Below, piece after piece: positions 12,831-22,167 of a stretch of 64,000 bases of DNA. The notes beneath the pieces were generated by a model. It had not been told where the DNA came from. It did no database searches and saw nothing but the letters and a program-made list of their open reading frames with translations. The stretch covers positions 64,264-128,263 of the forward strand of contig CAWBBV010000009.1 in assembly GCA_963787125.1 (NCBI GenBank), read 5' to 3'. The first letter of the stretch is position 1; every line of letters starts with the position of its first letter. This stretch comes from an uncultured delta proteobacterium. Lineage in GTDB: Bacteria; Desulfobacterota; Desulfuromonadia; Geobacterales; DSM-12255. Both the position numbers and the translations under genes were made by a program.

Positions 12831-13894
12831 TATCCATAGTCTCCGCAATAGTTGTTCTTGGCATTTTGATATTTGTTCATGAGCTCGGCCACTTCATCTT
12901 CGCAAAATTCTTTGGTGTTGGGGTGGAGAAATTCTCCCTCGGGTTCGGTCCGAAAATTATTGGTAAAACCTACGGCGAAACCGAGTACCTGCTCTCTGCC
13001 TTCCCGCTTGGCGGCTATGTAAAGATGATCGGTGAGAGTCCGGATGTCGAGTTGGCACCGGAAGATATCGAACGCTCCTTCAATGGGAAACCGCCTCTAC
13101 AGCGGATAGTTATTGTTGCTGCCGGACCGGTTTTCAATCTCATCTTTGCCGCGCTCCTCTTTATTACTGTCTACATGGTCGGGGTTCCGGCAGCAACCAC
13201 CAGAATAGGTGAGGTAATTGCCGCTAAACCGGCTGCAGTTGCCGGTATACTGCCAAAAGATCTTGTCAGGTCGATAAACGGCAAAGTTGTCACAAGGTGG
13301 GATGAATTTTCCTCTGCCATCGCTGAATCAAAAGGGGTAACTCTCGATATTGTCGTTGAGCGTGCCGGCAAAACCTTATCGTTCAGAATTGTTCCCGAAA
13401 CAAAAGATGGCAAAAACCTTTTCGGCGAGAAGATCTCCTACCCGGTTATCGGTGTAGTGGCAGCAGCAGAGATGGTTACCGACCGCTACTCTCCCGCACA
13501 AGCAGTTATAAAAGGGTGTCAGCAGGCCTGGAAAGTCACCAAACTGACCCTTGTCTCCATTGGCAAAATGATTGAAAGAGTCGTCCCGATGGATTCCGTC
13601 GGTGGCCCGATCATGATTGCCAAAATGGCGGGAGAACAGGCTTCTGCCGGCGGGGTAAACTTTCTTGCCTTCATGGCGCTCCTCTCCATAAATCTTGGCG
13701 TCCTGAACCTGCTCCCCGTCCCGATCCTTGACGGCGGCCATCTCTTCTTCTACTTGTGCGAATTCATCTTCAGAAAACCTGTCAGCATAAAGGTGCGGGA
13801 AGTCGCCCAGCAGGTCGGCCTGGTACTCCTGATAAGCTTGATGGTGCTCGCTTTTTACAACGACATCGTCAGATACCTGCTTAAACAGGGCTAG
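12827..13894 (+). CDS. rseP: RIP metalloprotease RseP
   Basis: HELGH, PDZ domain, [12 protein letters not shown]. Confidence 0.97.
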   Translation: MISIVSAIVVLGILIFVHELGHFIFAKFFGVGVEKFSLGFGPKIIGKTYGETEYLLSAFPLGGYVKMIGESPDVELAPEDIERSFNGKPPLQRIVIVAAGPVFNLIFAALLFITVYMVGVPAATTRIGEVIAAKPAAVAGILPKDLVRSINGKVVTRWDEFSSAIAESKGVTLDIVVERAGKTLSFRIVPETKDGKNLFGEKISYPVIGVVAAAEMVTDRYSPAQAVIKGCQQAWKVTKLTLVSIGKMIERVVPMDSVGGPIMIAKMAGEQASAGGVNFLAFMALLSINLGVLNLLPVPILDGGHLFFYLCEFIFRKPVSIKVREVAQQVGLVLLISLMVLAFYNDIVRYLLKQG

Positions 13895-13900
13895 CCCTCA

Positions 13901-14582
13901 GTGAATATCCTTATTATCGACACCTCCACCAATGTCTTCAGCCTTGCTTTGACTGCTGATGGCAGTGTTCTGGCCGAACTGTGCGGCGATGCCGGACCCG
14001 CAACCTCAGCTAAAATTCCCGGGCAGATAGAGGCTGTTGCTGAAAACCGCGCAGGTCGCAATCGATGCGGTTGATGCTTTTGCCGTAACAGTCGGCCCGG
14101 GGGGCTTCACCGGGGTGCGCGTCGGCATTGCCCTTGCGAAGGGGCTGGCATACTCAACCAACAAGCCGATTATACCGCTCTCTTCCCTGGAACTGTTGGC
14201 ACTGAATGCCAGTGACAGTCTTATCCCTGTCTGCCCGTTGTTTGATGCCAGAAAAAGTGAAGTCTACAGTGCGCTTTATAGTTTTAAAACCGGCATGAAC
14301 CTGATCCGTCCCGAAATGGCGCTAGCCCCCGACCAGCTGCTTGATGAACTTGCCGGTCCGATCCTTTTTATCGGTGACGGCGCGCTCCGCTACCGTGAAC
14401 TGATCATTGAGAAACTCGGCAGTCGCGCCCTCTTTGCCGCAGAACATCTCCATCATCCCAAAGCCTCTGCCGGAGCAGCGCTTGCCTTCAGCCGCTGCAC
14501 AGCCGGTCAGACGCTCTCCCCCTTTGAGCTAACCCCCTCCTACCTACGCTTACCTGAAGCCCAACTTAATAAAAAATCGTAA
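13901..14582 (+). CDS. tsaB: tRNA threonylcarbamoyladenosine biosynthesis protein TsaB, with apparent +1 frameshift at ~14033
   Basis: GTG-start frame gives ILIIDTST; downstream frame gives GPGGFTGVRVG, DARKSEVY, P.YLR; removing one G at 14032-14033 joins them. Confidence 0.9.
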
Positions 14583-14762
14583 CGATTGAATTGCAGGCAC
14601 TCTTTACGCACGAGCAGTGATGGCACTTATCAACCGACTATTTCCCAGGGTTATAGCAGACCTCTAACTTGGCTGCATTATTATTAAAATGTTTGCTAAG
14701 CCCGCATTCGCGTGGTAGAAAATAATTATCTTACTTTGTGAAGCGATTAACGACATAAAAAT

Positions 14763-15875
14763 ATGCAAACATATATCTGGCAACTAAATAACTGGCCTAC
14801 TTTGACATGGGACGCGGACAGGCTTCTAACGCCTTTAGGTGAATGCCGTCTGCTACAGGGCAAGCTACTGAGTAAAATCGGCGGGCTTGGGATGCCACTG
14901 GATCATCAGGCTCAGGCCGAGATCCTGATTGAAGAGGCGATTAAGACTTCCGCCATCGAAGGGGAGTTGTTGGACGTGCGGTCAGTGCGTTCATCGGTTG
15001 CCCGTCGTCTTGGTCTCCCTTCTGCCGATCTGCCTGTAGACCGTAGGATTGACGACCTGGTATCAGTTTTATTGGATGCAACCCAGAGCTTTGATAAGCC
15101 GCTTACCGATGAGCGCTTATGGGGCTGGCAGGCTGCCTTGTTTCCGTCCGGCTATTCAGGCATGCATAAGATCAAGGTCGGCGGTTGGCGTGACAGCACG
15201 GAGCCGATGCGGGTGGTATCCGGTCCGATAGGCAGTGAGAAGATACACTTCGAGGCACCGCCTGCTGATAAGCTTGGATTTGAGATGAAGCGTTTTCTTT
15301 CATTGTGGTCGGATAGCTTTGGTAAATATGAAGGCATTGTCCGTGCGGCTTTGGTTCACCTTTGGTTCGCGACCATACATCCTTTTGATGACGGCAATGG
15401 CCGTATAGCACGAGCTTTGACCGATATGGCCTTGGCTCAGGATGACAAGCAACGGGTTCGATATTACAGCCTGTCAACTCAGATCATGACGGAACGCGAA
15501 GGGTATTACGACGTTCTTGAGAAAACTCAGAAAGGCACCGGGGATGTGACTGACTGGCTTGTCTGGTTCATGGGGTGCTTTGCCCGGGCAATCGAAAAGT
15601 CGGAAGACATAATGAACGGGGTCTTCTCCAAGTCGGATTTTTGGAGGTTGCACGCCCAGGACCAGTTTACTGAGCGGCAGATGAAGGTGATTAACCGGCT
15701 GCTTGATGCAGGCATAGAAGGTTTTGCCGGTGGAATGACTACGCAGAAATATGCCTCGATGACTCATACCAGCAGGGCAACGGCGTTTCGGGAACTGGAT
15801 CAGTTGCTGGAGTTGGGGATATTGAAGAGGGTAGGGCAAGGGCGGTCAGCGAGGTATGAGCTGCTAGTTGAATGA
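14763..15875 (+). CDS. Fic family protein (DUF4172-type N-terminus, C-terminal HTH)
   Basis: HPFDDGNGRIAR Fic motif; SSVARRLG; TSAIEGE. Confidence 0.92.
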   Translation: MQTYIWQLNNWPTLTWDADRLLTPLGECRLLQGKLLSKIGGLGMPLDHQAQAEILIEEAIKTSAIEGELLDVRSVRSSVARRLGLPSADLPVDRRIDDLVSVLLDATQSFDKPLTDERLWGWQAALFPSGYSGMHKIKVGGWRDSTEPMRVVSGPIGSEKIHFEAPPADKLGFEMKRFLSLWSDSFGKYEGIVRAALVHLWFATIHPFDDGNGRIARALTDMALAQDDKQRVRYYSLSTQIMTEREGYYDVLEKTQKGTGDVTDWLVWFMGCFARAIEKSEDIMNGVFSKSDFWRLHAQDQFTERQMKVINRLLDAGIEGFAGGMTTQKYASMTHTSRATAFRELDQLLELGILKRVGQGRSARYELLVE

Positions 15876-15936
15876 AATTGATGCAAATTTGATTGCTGTG
15901 GCTATTAAAAACAATTTATGGTAGGAAATTCAATAA

Positions 15937-16179
15937 ATGCGAAACCTTGCCGACATTACATTCCCCCCTGTTTTGGACACATCAAGTGGTGACATCATTC
16001 GGGATTTCTTCAATCCGGCGCTTGGTGCAGCGGTGCGCTATGATCGCGGCGTGGGCTTTTTCAGCGCGGCGTGGCTGCGGCTGGCGTCGCTGGGGATGCC
16101 AACAACTATATTGAACTTGAGGCAGCGTGAGCGCTGCCGGATTTTGAAGCGTTGGAAAAATGGACGGGAGTTGAACTAA
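15937..16179 (+). pseudogene. N-terminal remnant of a PLD-domain/SF2 helicase-type protein
   Basis: DIIRDFFNPAL..AVRYDRGVGFFS resembles the start of PLD-helicase fusions; similarity is lost after ~55 aa. Confidence 0.55.
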
Positions 16180-16227
16180 CTGTATCCGAAATTTATGTCA
16201 GTAAAATAATTCCGGGGGGGAGACGTT

Positions 16228-17004
16228 ATGGCAGACACTCAAGCGAGTTATGAAAAAGGGAAACTGTATCAGATACCATTGACCCAACTGATTCCCGATC
16301 CGGAACAGCCGCGCAAATTCTTCGACGAGCAAGCTCTGGCAGAGTTGCAAGCATCTATTGTCAGTCATGGGGTACTCCAGCCTATTCTGGTGCGTTCCGG
16401 TAATGAGGGTACGCTTTACATCGTTTCCGGCGAGCGACGCTATCAGGCTGCTAAAAATGCCGGACTGGAAACCATCCCGGCCATAATTACCGACGGCGAA
16501 CCGGCGGAGATTTCCATCATTGAAAATCTGCTGCGGGAGAATCTGACCGCCATCGAAGAGGCGGAGGCAATTGAGCGGCTGCGGGCGGTGCATGATTATG
16601 GGTTGGCGGAACTGGCGACCGCGCTGGGGAAGTCGGATACTGCTATTTCGGCGATTCTTTCATTGAACCGGTTGCCAGCAGAAGTAAAGGATGACTGCCG
16701 TAATGACCCAAAAACAGCTCGGGGTATTCTGGTGGAAATTGCCAAGCTGAAAACCCCTGAAAAGATGCTTGCGCTTTACACCAAGTATAAAGAGAGCGGC
16801 CTTACTCGTGGTGAGATCAGAAAGAAGACCACAACCAAGTCAGCCAAAAAGCAGCTGGCAGCGACAGATGTTGCTGCTTGGGCAGAGAGACTAAACACCA
16901 TAGTTGTTGCAGAGATGACCGCCGAACAAAAGACCTCCTTGCTTTACGAAGTCGAAGTACTGCGAGGCGTGACCTATCAGGTGATTAAAATGCTCAAGGC
17001 GTAA
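16228..17004 (+). CDS. ParB/Spo0J family protein (no adjacent parA)
   Basis: QPRKFF, GVLQPILV, GERRYQA, ENLLRENL, HTH. Confidence 0.92.
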   Translation: MADTQASYEKGKLYQIPLTQLIPDPEQPRKFFDEQALAELQASIVSHGVLQPILVRSGNEGTLYIVSGERRYQAAKNAGLETIPAIITDGEPAEISIIENLLRENLTAIEEAEAIERLRAVHDYGLAELATALGKSDTAISAILSLNRLPAEVKDDCRNDPKTARGILVEIAKLKTPEKMLALYTKYKESGLTRGEIRKKTTTKSAKKQLAATDVAAWAERLNTIVVAEMTAEQKTSLLYEVEVLRGVTYQVIKMLKA

Positions 17005-17073
17005 TATCTCTGTCAGAAGTCATGAAAGTCAAAAATGGCAATACTAAGTATAATGATATCAGCGAGTTAATTC

Positions 17074-17093
17074 AATTCCCGCATGCGGGAATT
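17074..17093. promoter_or_regulatory. Perfect 20-bp palindrome, candidate parS-like or operator site
   Basis: AATTCCCGCATGCGGGAATT, 70 bp downstream of parB. Confidence 0.4.
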
Positions 17094-17174
17094 TTGGGTG
17101 CCTTCAATATAATATGTGTATAAATTGTCTTTTTTTTGTAACTTCGGCATTCAACCTGTTGAATAAGGAGCAAT

Positions 17175-19790
17175 ATGACCACAACCGCAACAACGACGAT
17201 CTGGCAAGAACTGGAGTCTTGGTCAAAGAACCTTCTCCCTTGGCAGCGGTTTGTTCTGACACATGCTGTAAATCACGGATGCCTAAACGACAACCACGCA
17301 GAACAGGCGTATAAGCTCTTTCTCACTGGGAATAAGCTCTGGAATGATTCCTTTGGTCAAGCAGAAGAAATCCTTATTCCTGCTATTGCTGCGCCGCAGA
17401 CAAATACAGAGCACACAAGGGTACTGCTCACCCGGCTTGGCAACCTGCAACATGTTAATGCAATCCCTGCGACATCGTCGCTTACCTTTGGCCCCAGCCT
17501 AACTGTCATGTACGGTCATAATGGCTCGGGCAAGAGCGGCTTCGCGCGTGTTCTGTGCAGTGCCTGTTTCAGTCGTGCTGAGGTTAGTATACTTCCCAAT
17601 GTCTATGCGGATCATCCACCATCCCGGACACAGGCTGATTTCTCGGTGCGGATAAACGATGCTGAGGAGACAATCCTCAACTATACCGTTGGAGAAAGCC
17701 ATCCTGATCTGCTCCGATTTACCGTGTTCAATACGGAAGCTGCCCATTCACATTTGACCGACGCAAATCCACTTGGGTTCAAGCCAATGGGGTTCAATGT
17801 CTTTGTCGAATTGACCAGGATTTATGGCCTATTGGAACAGAAGCTTAGTGCAGACATACGCACTCGTGTCCTCGTAAACAAATTCGTCAAAAGCTTCCCC
17901 GAACCGGCCAGCAAAATATCGCAACTGGTTGCCTCCTTAAGCGCTGAAACCGATCTGAAGTCTCTGCAAGAATTGGCGATGTACGCAGAAAAAGAGCAGG
18001 CACGGCAGGAGACAGTTGTCACTGAAATTGCCGAACTTAAGTCGAAATCAGTAGAACAGTCAATTAAGGAGATTGACGATGCAAGCGATGACATAAAGAC
18101 ACTTTGCGATAAACTCACCCCTCTATTGGTTCACTTCCAGCCTGCGAAAAAAGAACTTTGCAGACAGCAGCTTGACGACTTTATCAAAAAAACTGCAGCG
18201 GCTACCTCCGTAAGCGTTGAAAGCTTCAAACAGCCATTCTTCACCGCTACCGGCTCTCCTTCTTGGGAAGAGTTTGTTACATCGGCGGCAAAACTTGCGA
18301 AAGAGGAACATGAAGCCTACCCGCTTGAAAACGCATTTTGCCTGCTGTGTCAACAGCCACTTGATGCCACCGCAATTGCCTTTATTCAGAGACTGTGGAA
18401 CTTCCTCGACAGCACAGCCCGCACTGAGGCGCTTACAGCAAGTGTAGCTCTTGACAACACTGCTAAAGTTCTCAAAAAGCTGTTATTTGATTTCTTTGGT
18501 GACGACAGCCGTGTCAGGAAATATCTGCAAGTAGAAGCACCGGAAATTACCGGGCAGATCATTGCGCTACTGGAATCACTTGCAGCAGAGCGAGACGATC
18601 TTGTGCAGATATTAGAGCGCGGAGCTGGTGTGATTTCGTCAACTATTTTTGCTGATCCGTGCGTAACATTGGAAGACCTTCGCACCGGACTGGTGGAGAA
18701 AAAGAAGCTTCTCCAGTCACGCGACACGGCAGCTGTATTACAGACACTTGAGGCTGAATTAGTTGAATTAAGGCACCGTCAGATCATGTCCGGGCTCATT
18801 GACGACATGGCAACTTTCATTGAGCAACAAAAGTGGCTCAAGCGTGCCAATAGTCTTAAAGACAGTGCTTTCAATACCCGAGAAATCACCCTGAAGGAAA
18901 ACAGCCTTTTCAAATTGATCATCGAGGGTGGTTATAAAGATCGCTTCGAGGCAGAATGCAAGGCATTACGCTGTGAAGCTCCGATACTACTGGAAACAAA
19001 AGGGAAGCTTGGCGAAACCAGGAAAACACTTTCCATCAAGAAAAAGAAACCGAATATGATTCTCAGTGAAGGAGAACAGCGGATAGTTGCTCTAGCGGAT
19101 TTTCTTACGGAGGTAAACCTTAATCCTGCCAGTGCCGGGGTGATTTTTGATGATCCGGTAAACTCGCTTGATTTCCAGCGCCGACAACTCATTACCAAAC
19201 GCCTAGTACAGGAAGCAGCAACCAGACAGGTAATCATTTTCACACATGACATTGTGTTTCTTACCTTGCTGATGAGCGAAGCCGAGACATCGGGAACGGC
19301 AATGCAGAAGCATTGGATCGAACGGGATGGCGACGACAATCCTGGTCAAGTCACTCTTAACGATATCCCCGCAGACTGCAAAACCTATTATGACACCAAA
19401 AAGGCCAAGAAGGTATTGGATGAAGCCCGCGATCTTTCCGGAGATCAGCGAGTGGAAAAGATCAGAAACGGCATGGGCATCTTGCGCCGCTGTGTTGAAG
19501 AAGCGGTTCTGAAGTATCTTTTCAAGGATGTGGTAACCCGCTGGAACGACCGGGTAATGATCGGCGGTCTGAAGAAGATTAACTGGAAAGAGGAGTTCGT
19601 TGACGAGATTGACGGCCTGTATGGTGAGCTTTCTCGATATGTGGAGGGCCATTCGCATACCGAGGAGTTTGCCGGCGGTGCGCCGGTTATAAAGGACTTT
19701 GAGGATATGATTGGTAGAGTGGATGGAATGATTAAGAAAGTGAAGGGAGACAAGGTGAAGTCTAAGGTTGAATCTGTCTCAATGAATTAA
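17175..19790 (+). CDS. ABC/SMC-type ATPase with zinc hook and putative C-terminal HEPN domain (RloC-like)
   Basis: Walker A GHNGSGKS, central CLLC in coiled coil, LSEGE signature, DDPVNSLD, FTHD; C-terminal LRRCVEE and RYVEGHSH. Confidence 0.7.
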   Translation: MTTTATTTIWQELESWSKNLLPWQRFVLTHAVNHGCLNDNHAEQAYKLFLTGNKLWNDSFGQAEEILIPAIAAPQTNTEHTRVLLTRLGNLQHVNAIPATSSLTFGPSLTVMYGHNGSGKSGFARVLCSACFSRAEVSILPNVYADHPPSRTQADFSVRINDAEETILNYTVGESHPDLLRFTVFNTEAAHSHLTDANPLGFKPMGFNVFVELTRIYGLLEQKLSADIRTRVLVNKFVKSFPEPASKISQLVASLSAETDLKSLQELAMYAEKEQARQETVVTEIAELKSKSVEQSIKEIDDASDDIKTLCDKLTPLLVHFQPAKKELCRQQLDDFIKKTAAATSVSVESFKQPFFTATGSPSWEEFVTSAAKLAKEEHEAYPLENAFCLLCQQPLDATAIAFIQRLWNFLDSTARTEALTASVALDNTAKVLKKLLFDFFGDDSRVRKYLQVEAPEITGQIIALLESLAAERDDLVQILERGAGVISSTIFADPCVTLEDLRTGLVEKKKLLQSRDTAAVLQTLEAELVELRHRQIMSGLIDDMATFIEQQKWLKRANSLKDSAFNTREITLKENSLFKLIIEGGYKDRFEAECKALRCEAPILLETKGKLGETRKTLSIKKKKPNMILSEGEQRIVALADFLTEVNLNPASAGVIFDDPVNSLDFQRRQLITKRLVQEAATRQVIIFTHDIVFLTLLMSEAETSGTAMQKHWIERDGDDNPGQVTLNDIPADCKTYYDTKKAKKVLDEARDLSGDQRVEKIRNGMGILRRCVEEAVLKYLFKDVVTRWNDRVMIGGLKKINWKEEFVDEIDGLYGELSRYVEGHSHTEEFAGGAPVIKDFEDMIGRVDGMIKKVKGDKVKSKVESVSMN

Positions 19791-19989
19791 TACTGTTAAA
19801 TCAGGTGAATGGCCCGAAATCTTAAGGGGAAATATGCTTGGGCTGGATGGAAGCAACTGGCAGGAACTGTTATGAATTATGAATTACAAGTCAGTCAAAA
19901 ATGGTTTAGTATGCCAGCGGTTGAATAACAGTGTCGGACCCGATGCAATCAAGACCCGTAAATAGTACCAACCATCATAAGGAGCCACA

Positions 19990-22167
19990 TTGTCACGACT
20001 CACCGATCTCATTGCACGAGCAAAAACAAAAGACCCTCAGATGGGTATGGACCTGGAACGGGAATTCAAGGCGCTGTCATCACGTCTTGCCTTTGGGCTG
20101 AATTTTGAGCGGCATCGTCCCGAGGTCGTGGAACTGCCCAAGCGGCCGGTACGCAAAGGTGACAAGGTGCGGGTGCTCCCGGAGCGCGGTTCAACTGCAA
20201 AGGGGGGCCAGCTGCTCTGGCTGGTCCGGAGCGTTGCGAAGGCGAAAGGAAAGCGAATAGCGCATCTGGAGTTGTCCGGCGACGCCGGGCCGGAGACGCG
20301 GGATGTCCCGGCAGATGATTTGGTTGTTGTGGCGGAATTTCGGGATTACATCTATCCGGGGCTTGTCAGCACCGGCAAGGTCGAGCGGGGCGGAGACAAG
20401 CCTTTTCACACGGTCATCAACGGCGAGAACTACCATGTGCTGGAGGCGCTGACCTACACGCACCGGGGGACGGTTGACGTCATCTACATCGACCCGCCGT
20501 ATAACACCCGTGATAAAGACTGGAAATACAATAACGATTATGTCGATTCAGATGATCAGTATAAGCATAGTAAGTGGTTAGCCATGATGGAACGAAGGCT
20601 TCTGATCGCAAAGAAACTGCTGAATCCTGCAGATTCGGTGTTGATAGTTACAATTGACGAGAAGGAGTATTTGCGGCTGGGTTTGTTGCTGGATCAGGTT
20701 TTTCCAGAAGCGCGTAGCCAAATGGTTACTACACTGATAAATCCAAAGGGTGTTGCTCGTGGTCAGGAATTTTATCGAGTAGATGAATACATATTCTTCT
20801 TGTTTTTCGGAGCTGCATCCGTAAAGAAGACACACGATCCGATGATTCTGACTGGCAAACGTAATATAGAGCAAGACAATGAAGAGTCGGAAGTTAATCT
20901 GCAGGATGGTATTCGTAAGGTGCGGTGGGGCAATCTCCTAAGAAGTGGGACTGATGCCAAGAGGACCGATCGGAAGCACCAATTCTACCCAATTTTCCTT
21001 AATGCGAAGACAGGAAAACTGCACAGCGTTGGAGAATCGCTCCTTCCCGTGACGGCTGACAGGAGTGGTGTCAATTCACCCGCTGGCACCATTGCAGTTT
21101 GGCCGATCAGAAAAGATGGCTCAGAGGGACGTTGGCAAGTGGGAAATGAGCGATTGCGCATTCTACTCTCTCAGGGGTATGCCTCTATTGGACGTTTTAG
21201 TGGAAGTGATCGAGTCTCATTCAGTTATGTAACGGACAATCTATTTAGTCAGATAGAAACTGGAGAGATTGTTGAAACTGGTCGAGATAAAAATGGCGTT
21301 GTAATGCTAGAATTTTCTGATGAGGTTGAAGCATCCGAAAATCCAAAGACAATGTGGAACAAAACGTCACACAGTGCTAGTGAATATGGCACAACGCTGC
21401 TACGTCAAATAATTCCTAGGCGTGCATTCCCGTTTCCGAAATCTTTGTATGCGGTCGAGGATGCTTTGCGCTTCATAATTATTAAAAAGCCTGATGCGAC
21501 TGTTCTAGATTTTTTCTCCGGCTCCGGCACTACCACGCACGCCGTAATGCGCCTGAATCGCCAGGACGGCGGCCGACGCCAGTGCATTTCTGTAACCAAC
21601 AACGAAGTTGCAGCTGACGAGCAAAAGGCTTTGCGCGAGCAGGGCCACCGCCCCGGCGACCCGAAATGGGAACAGTGGGGCATTTGCGATTACATAACCA
21701 AACCCCGCGTGGAGGCTGCCATAACGGGCAAAACCCCGACGGGTGAGCCGATCAAGGGAGAGTACAAGTTTACCGACGAGTTCCCCATGGCTGATGGTTT
21801 CGAGGAGAACGCCGAGTTTTTCACCCTGACCTATGAAACCCCTGTGGCGGTCAGCCATAACCTTGCCTTTGAAAAAGTGTCTCCGCTCCTCTGGCTACGG
21901 GCCGGTAGCCAGGGGAGGCGGATCGAAACCCCTCCCGCCAGTGGTTGGGAAGTGGCCGATTGCTATGGCCTGCTGACAAACCTTGATCAGACGGATGCGT
22001 TTTGTGCGGCTGTCGAGAAGGCCGATGGTCTGCGGATCGCCTATATTGTCACCAATGACGACCGCCGCTTTCAGGCCATTGCCCGCACTCTGCCCGAATC
22101 AGTGGAGCCGGTCCGTCTCTATGAATCGTATCTGACCAATTTCAAATTTGCCAATGGAGAGATATAG
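19990..22167 (+). CDS. Type III restriction-modification methyltransferase (Mod)
   Basis: IYIDPPYN motif IV, FPFPKS, DFFSGSGTT motif I (beta-class order); AAGGAG SD with TTG start. Confidence 0.92.
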   Translation: MSRLTDLIARAKTKDPQMGMDLEREFKALSSRLAFGLNFERHRPEVVELPKRPVRKGDKVRVLPERGSTAKGGQLLWLVRSVAKAKGKRIAHLELSGDAGPETRDVPADDLVVVAEFRDYIYPGLVSTGKVERGGDKPFHTVINGENYHVLEALTYTHRGTVDVIYIDPPYNTRDKDWKYNNDYVDSDDQYKHSKWLAMMERRLLIAKKLLNPADSVLIVTIDEKEYLRLGLLLDQVFPEARSQMVTTLINPKGVARGQEFYRVDEYIFFLFFGAASVKKTHDPMILTGKRNIEQDNEESEVNLQDGIRKVRWGNLLRSGTDAKRTDRKHQFYPIFLNAKTGKLHSVGESLLPVTADRSGVNSPAGTIAVWPIRKDGSEGRWQVGNERLRILLSQGYASIGRFSGSDRVSFSYVTDNLFSQIETGEIVETGRDKNGVVMLEFSDEVEASENPKTMWNKTSHSASEYGTTLLRQIIPRRAFPFPKSLYAVEDALRFIIIKKPDATVLDFFSGSGTTTHAVMRLNRQDGGRRQCISVTNNEVAADEQKALREQGHRPGDPKWEQWGICDYITKPRVEAAITGKTPTGEPIKGEYKFTDEFPMADGFEENAEFFTLTYETPVAVSHNLAFEKVSPLLWLRAGSQGRRIETPPASGWEVADCYGLLTNLDQTDAFCAAVEKADGLRIAYIVTNDDRRFQAIARTLPESVEPVRLYESYLTNFKFANGEI

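Noticed and set aside
19870..19887. TTATGAA repeat upstream of mod as a phase-variation tract
   Set aside because: Only about 2.5 units and outside the coding sequence; no long simple repeat is seen in either mod gene.
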